Of a DNA stretch of 32,000 bases, positions 31,253 through 32,000 are shown piece by piece. The translations under genes were made by a program, and so were the position numbers. This DNA is from Pseudodesulfovibrio piezophilus C1TLV30. GTDB lineage: Bacteria > Desulfobacterota > Desulfovibrionia > Desulfovibrionales > Desulfovibrionaceae. Numbering within the stretch: position 1 is the stretch's first letter; each line of letters starts with the position of its first letter. The notes below the pieces were generated by a model. The model ran no database searches, was not told where the DNA came from, and saw only the letters and a program-made list of their open reading frames with translations. The stretch lies in contig NC_020409.1 in the NCBI RefSeq assembly GCF_000341895.1, positions 1,230,001 to 1,262,000 on the forward strand. Reading direction: 5' to 3'.

Positions 31253-32000
31253 ATGGAAACGACATCCCCCATGAAGCAAATTCAATCCACGCTTGAAACC
31301 GTCAGGACGCGTGATTCTGCCTACAGTGAAATGACAAACCACTTTGCATTACTCTTTGAAGAAAAAGAAAAAGTGCGCAATGAACTGCTCGCAACAACTC
31401 TCCAGACGCTTGATATTGGTGATACGGATATGCGGGAAGGAATCCATCTATTGAAGAAGCGCACTCTCAGCCCTTGGACTGATGCGTTCAAATATGCGGC
31501 GAACAGACTGTTACCCGTTCTGGCTGAAGTTCTCCAACAGGAGAAGGAGACTGATAAAAAAATACAAGCCCATCTCATGGACACACAAAACATCCTCAAA
31601 CTCACCCAGGCAAGAGTGAACGATTCCATGAAGGAATTCGAGAACACCGCCGAAGAATTGAGCATCCCTTCTTCTATTCTTTCTTATTATATCGAAAGCA
31701 TTTCTTCTCCTGTTTTTTGTGCCGTTGTCTCCTCTTTGCAGAAATCCCTTTCCACCCAAACGTGGGAATACGGCCACTGTCCCGTCTGCGACTCCTCCCC
31801 AACCATTTCACAACTCAGCCCGAATACCTCATCATCCGAATACTTGGTTGGTGGTGGTGGGAAAAAATACCTGCACTGCTCTCTCTGTGGTCACGATTGG
31901 CATTACAAACGAAACGCCTGCGCAGCCTGTGGCAACGAAGACAGCGAAACCCGTGAAATCCTTTCTCCAGACGAAATGAAACGCGAACGGATTGAAGTCT
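31253..32000 (+). CDS. fdhE: FdhE-like formate dehydrogenase accessory protein (3' end outside window)
   Basis: Open frame from ATG 31253 to the window edge; it is absent from the ORF track because it has no stop in the window. Paired CXXC motifs: GHCPVCDSSP...KKYLHCSLCGHDWHYKRNACAACGNED. GGAG lies 8 nt upstream. Confidence 0.8.
   Translation, partial: METTSPMKQIQSTLETVRTRDSAYSEMTNHFALLFEEKEKVRNELLATTLQTLDIGDTDMREGIHLLKKRTLSPWTDAFKYAANRLLPVLAEVLQQEKETDKKIQAHLMDTQNILKLTQARVNDSMKEFENTAEELSIPSSILSYYIESISSPVFCAVVSSLQKSLSTQTWEYGHCPVCDSSPTISQLSPNTSSSEYLVGGGGKKYLHCSLCGHDWHYKRNACAACGNEDSETREILSPDEMKRERIEV

Noticed and set aside
1-32000. Scan for CRISPR arrays, tRNA/rRNA genes, IS elements, integrases, toxin-antitoxin pairs or defence-system genes
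   Set aside because: I saw no direct-repeat/spacer arrays and no tRNA-like cloverleaf candidates. No transposase, integrase or nuclease/ATPase-type ORFs are present. Every large ORF is accounted for by metabolic, transport or regulatory functions.

Overview
Densely coding chromosomal window. I found no rRNA, tRNA, CRISPR array, integrase or IS signature. The gene content (Tat-exported soluble FdhAB plus FdhE, a DmsABC-type reductase, an AblB-like acetyltransferase) suggests an anaerobic, sulfate-reducer-like deltaproteobacterium; this is inference only. There are four blocks. (1) 1-1322, + strand: the tail of a GNAT acetyltransferase and a YitT-family membrane protein. (2) 1639-7312, - strand: a TorD-like chaperone, DmsA/B/C-like molybdoenzyme subunits and a PAS-LuxR regulator, with a divergent orphan secreted protein at 7389-7808. 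(3) 8114-25705, - strand, the main item: a co-directional, tightly packed purine-type catabolic island. It encodes DpaL, YgeY, D-aminoacylase-like, hydantoinase-like and SsnA-like amidohydrolases, and a DHOD/DPD-like Fe-S flavoprotein whose catalytic loop is non-canonical. These are followed by a three-subunit xanthine-dehydrogenase-type enzyme, a second 908-aa fused 2Fe-2S/Moco hydroxylase, an XRE-cupin regulator and a MoeA-like protein with a C-terminal Cys cluster. After two tandem terminator hairpins comes a XanQ-like NCS2 permease. This matches the yge/ygf (selenium-dependent molybdenum hydroxylase) neighbourhood type and reads as a reductive anaerobic purine/urate degradation pathway, but with a different accessory gene set. 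(4) 26301-32000: a PEBP-like lipoprotein gene interrupted by one in-frame TAA, then a 670-nt AT-rich divergent control region carrying TGATAG/CTATCA repeats, then fdhA (Cys codon where homologues have Sec), fdhB and the 5' part of fdhE. Several long non-coding leaders (9512-9905, 25706-26255, 26718-27388) carry structured or repeated elements that I could not assign to any known riboswitch or operator class. All product calls rest on motif recognition by eye; no database search was run.
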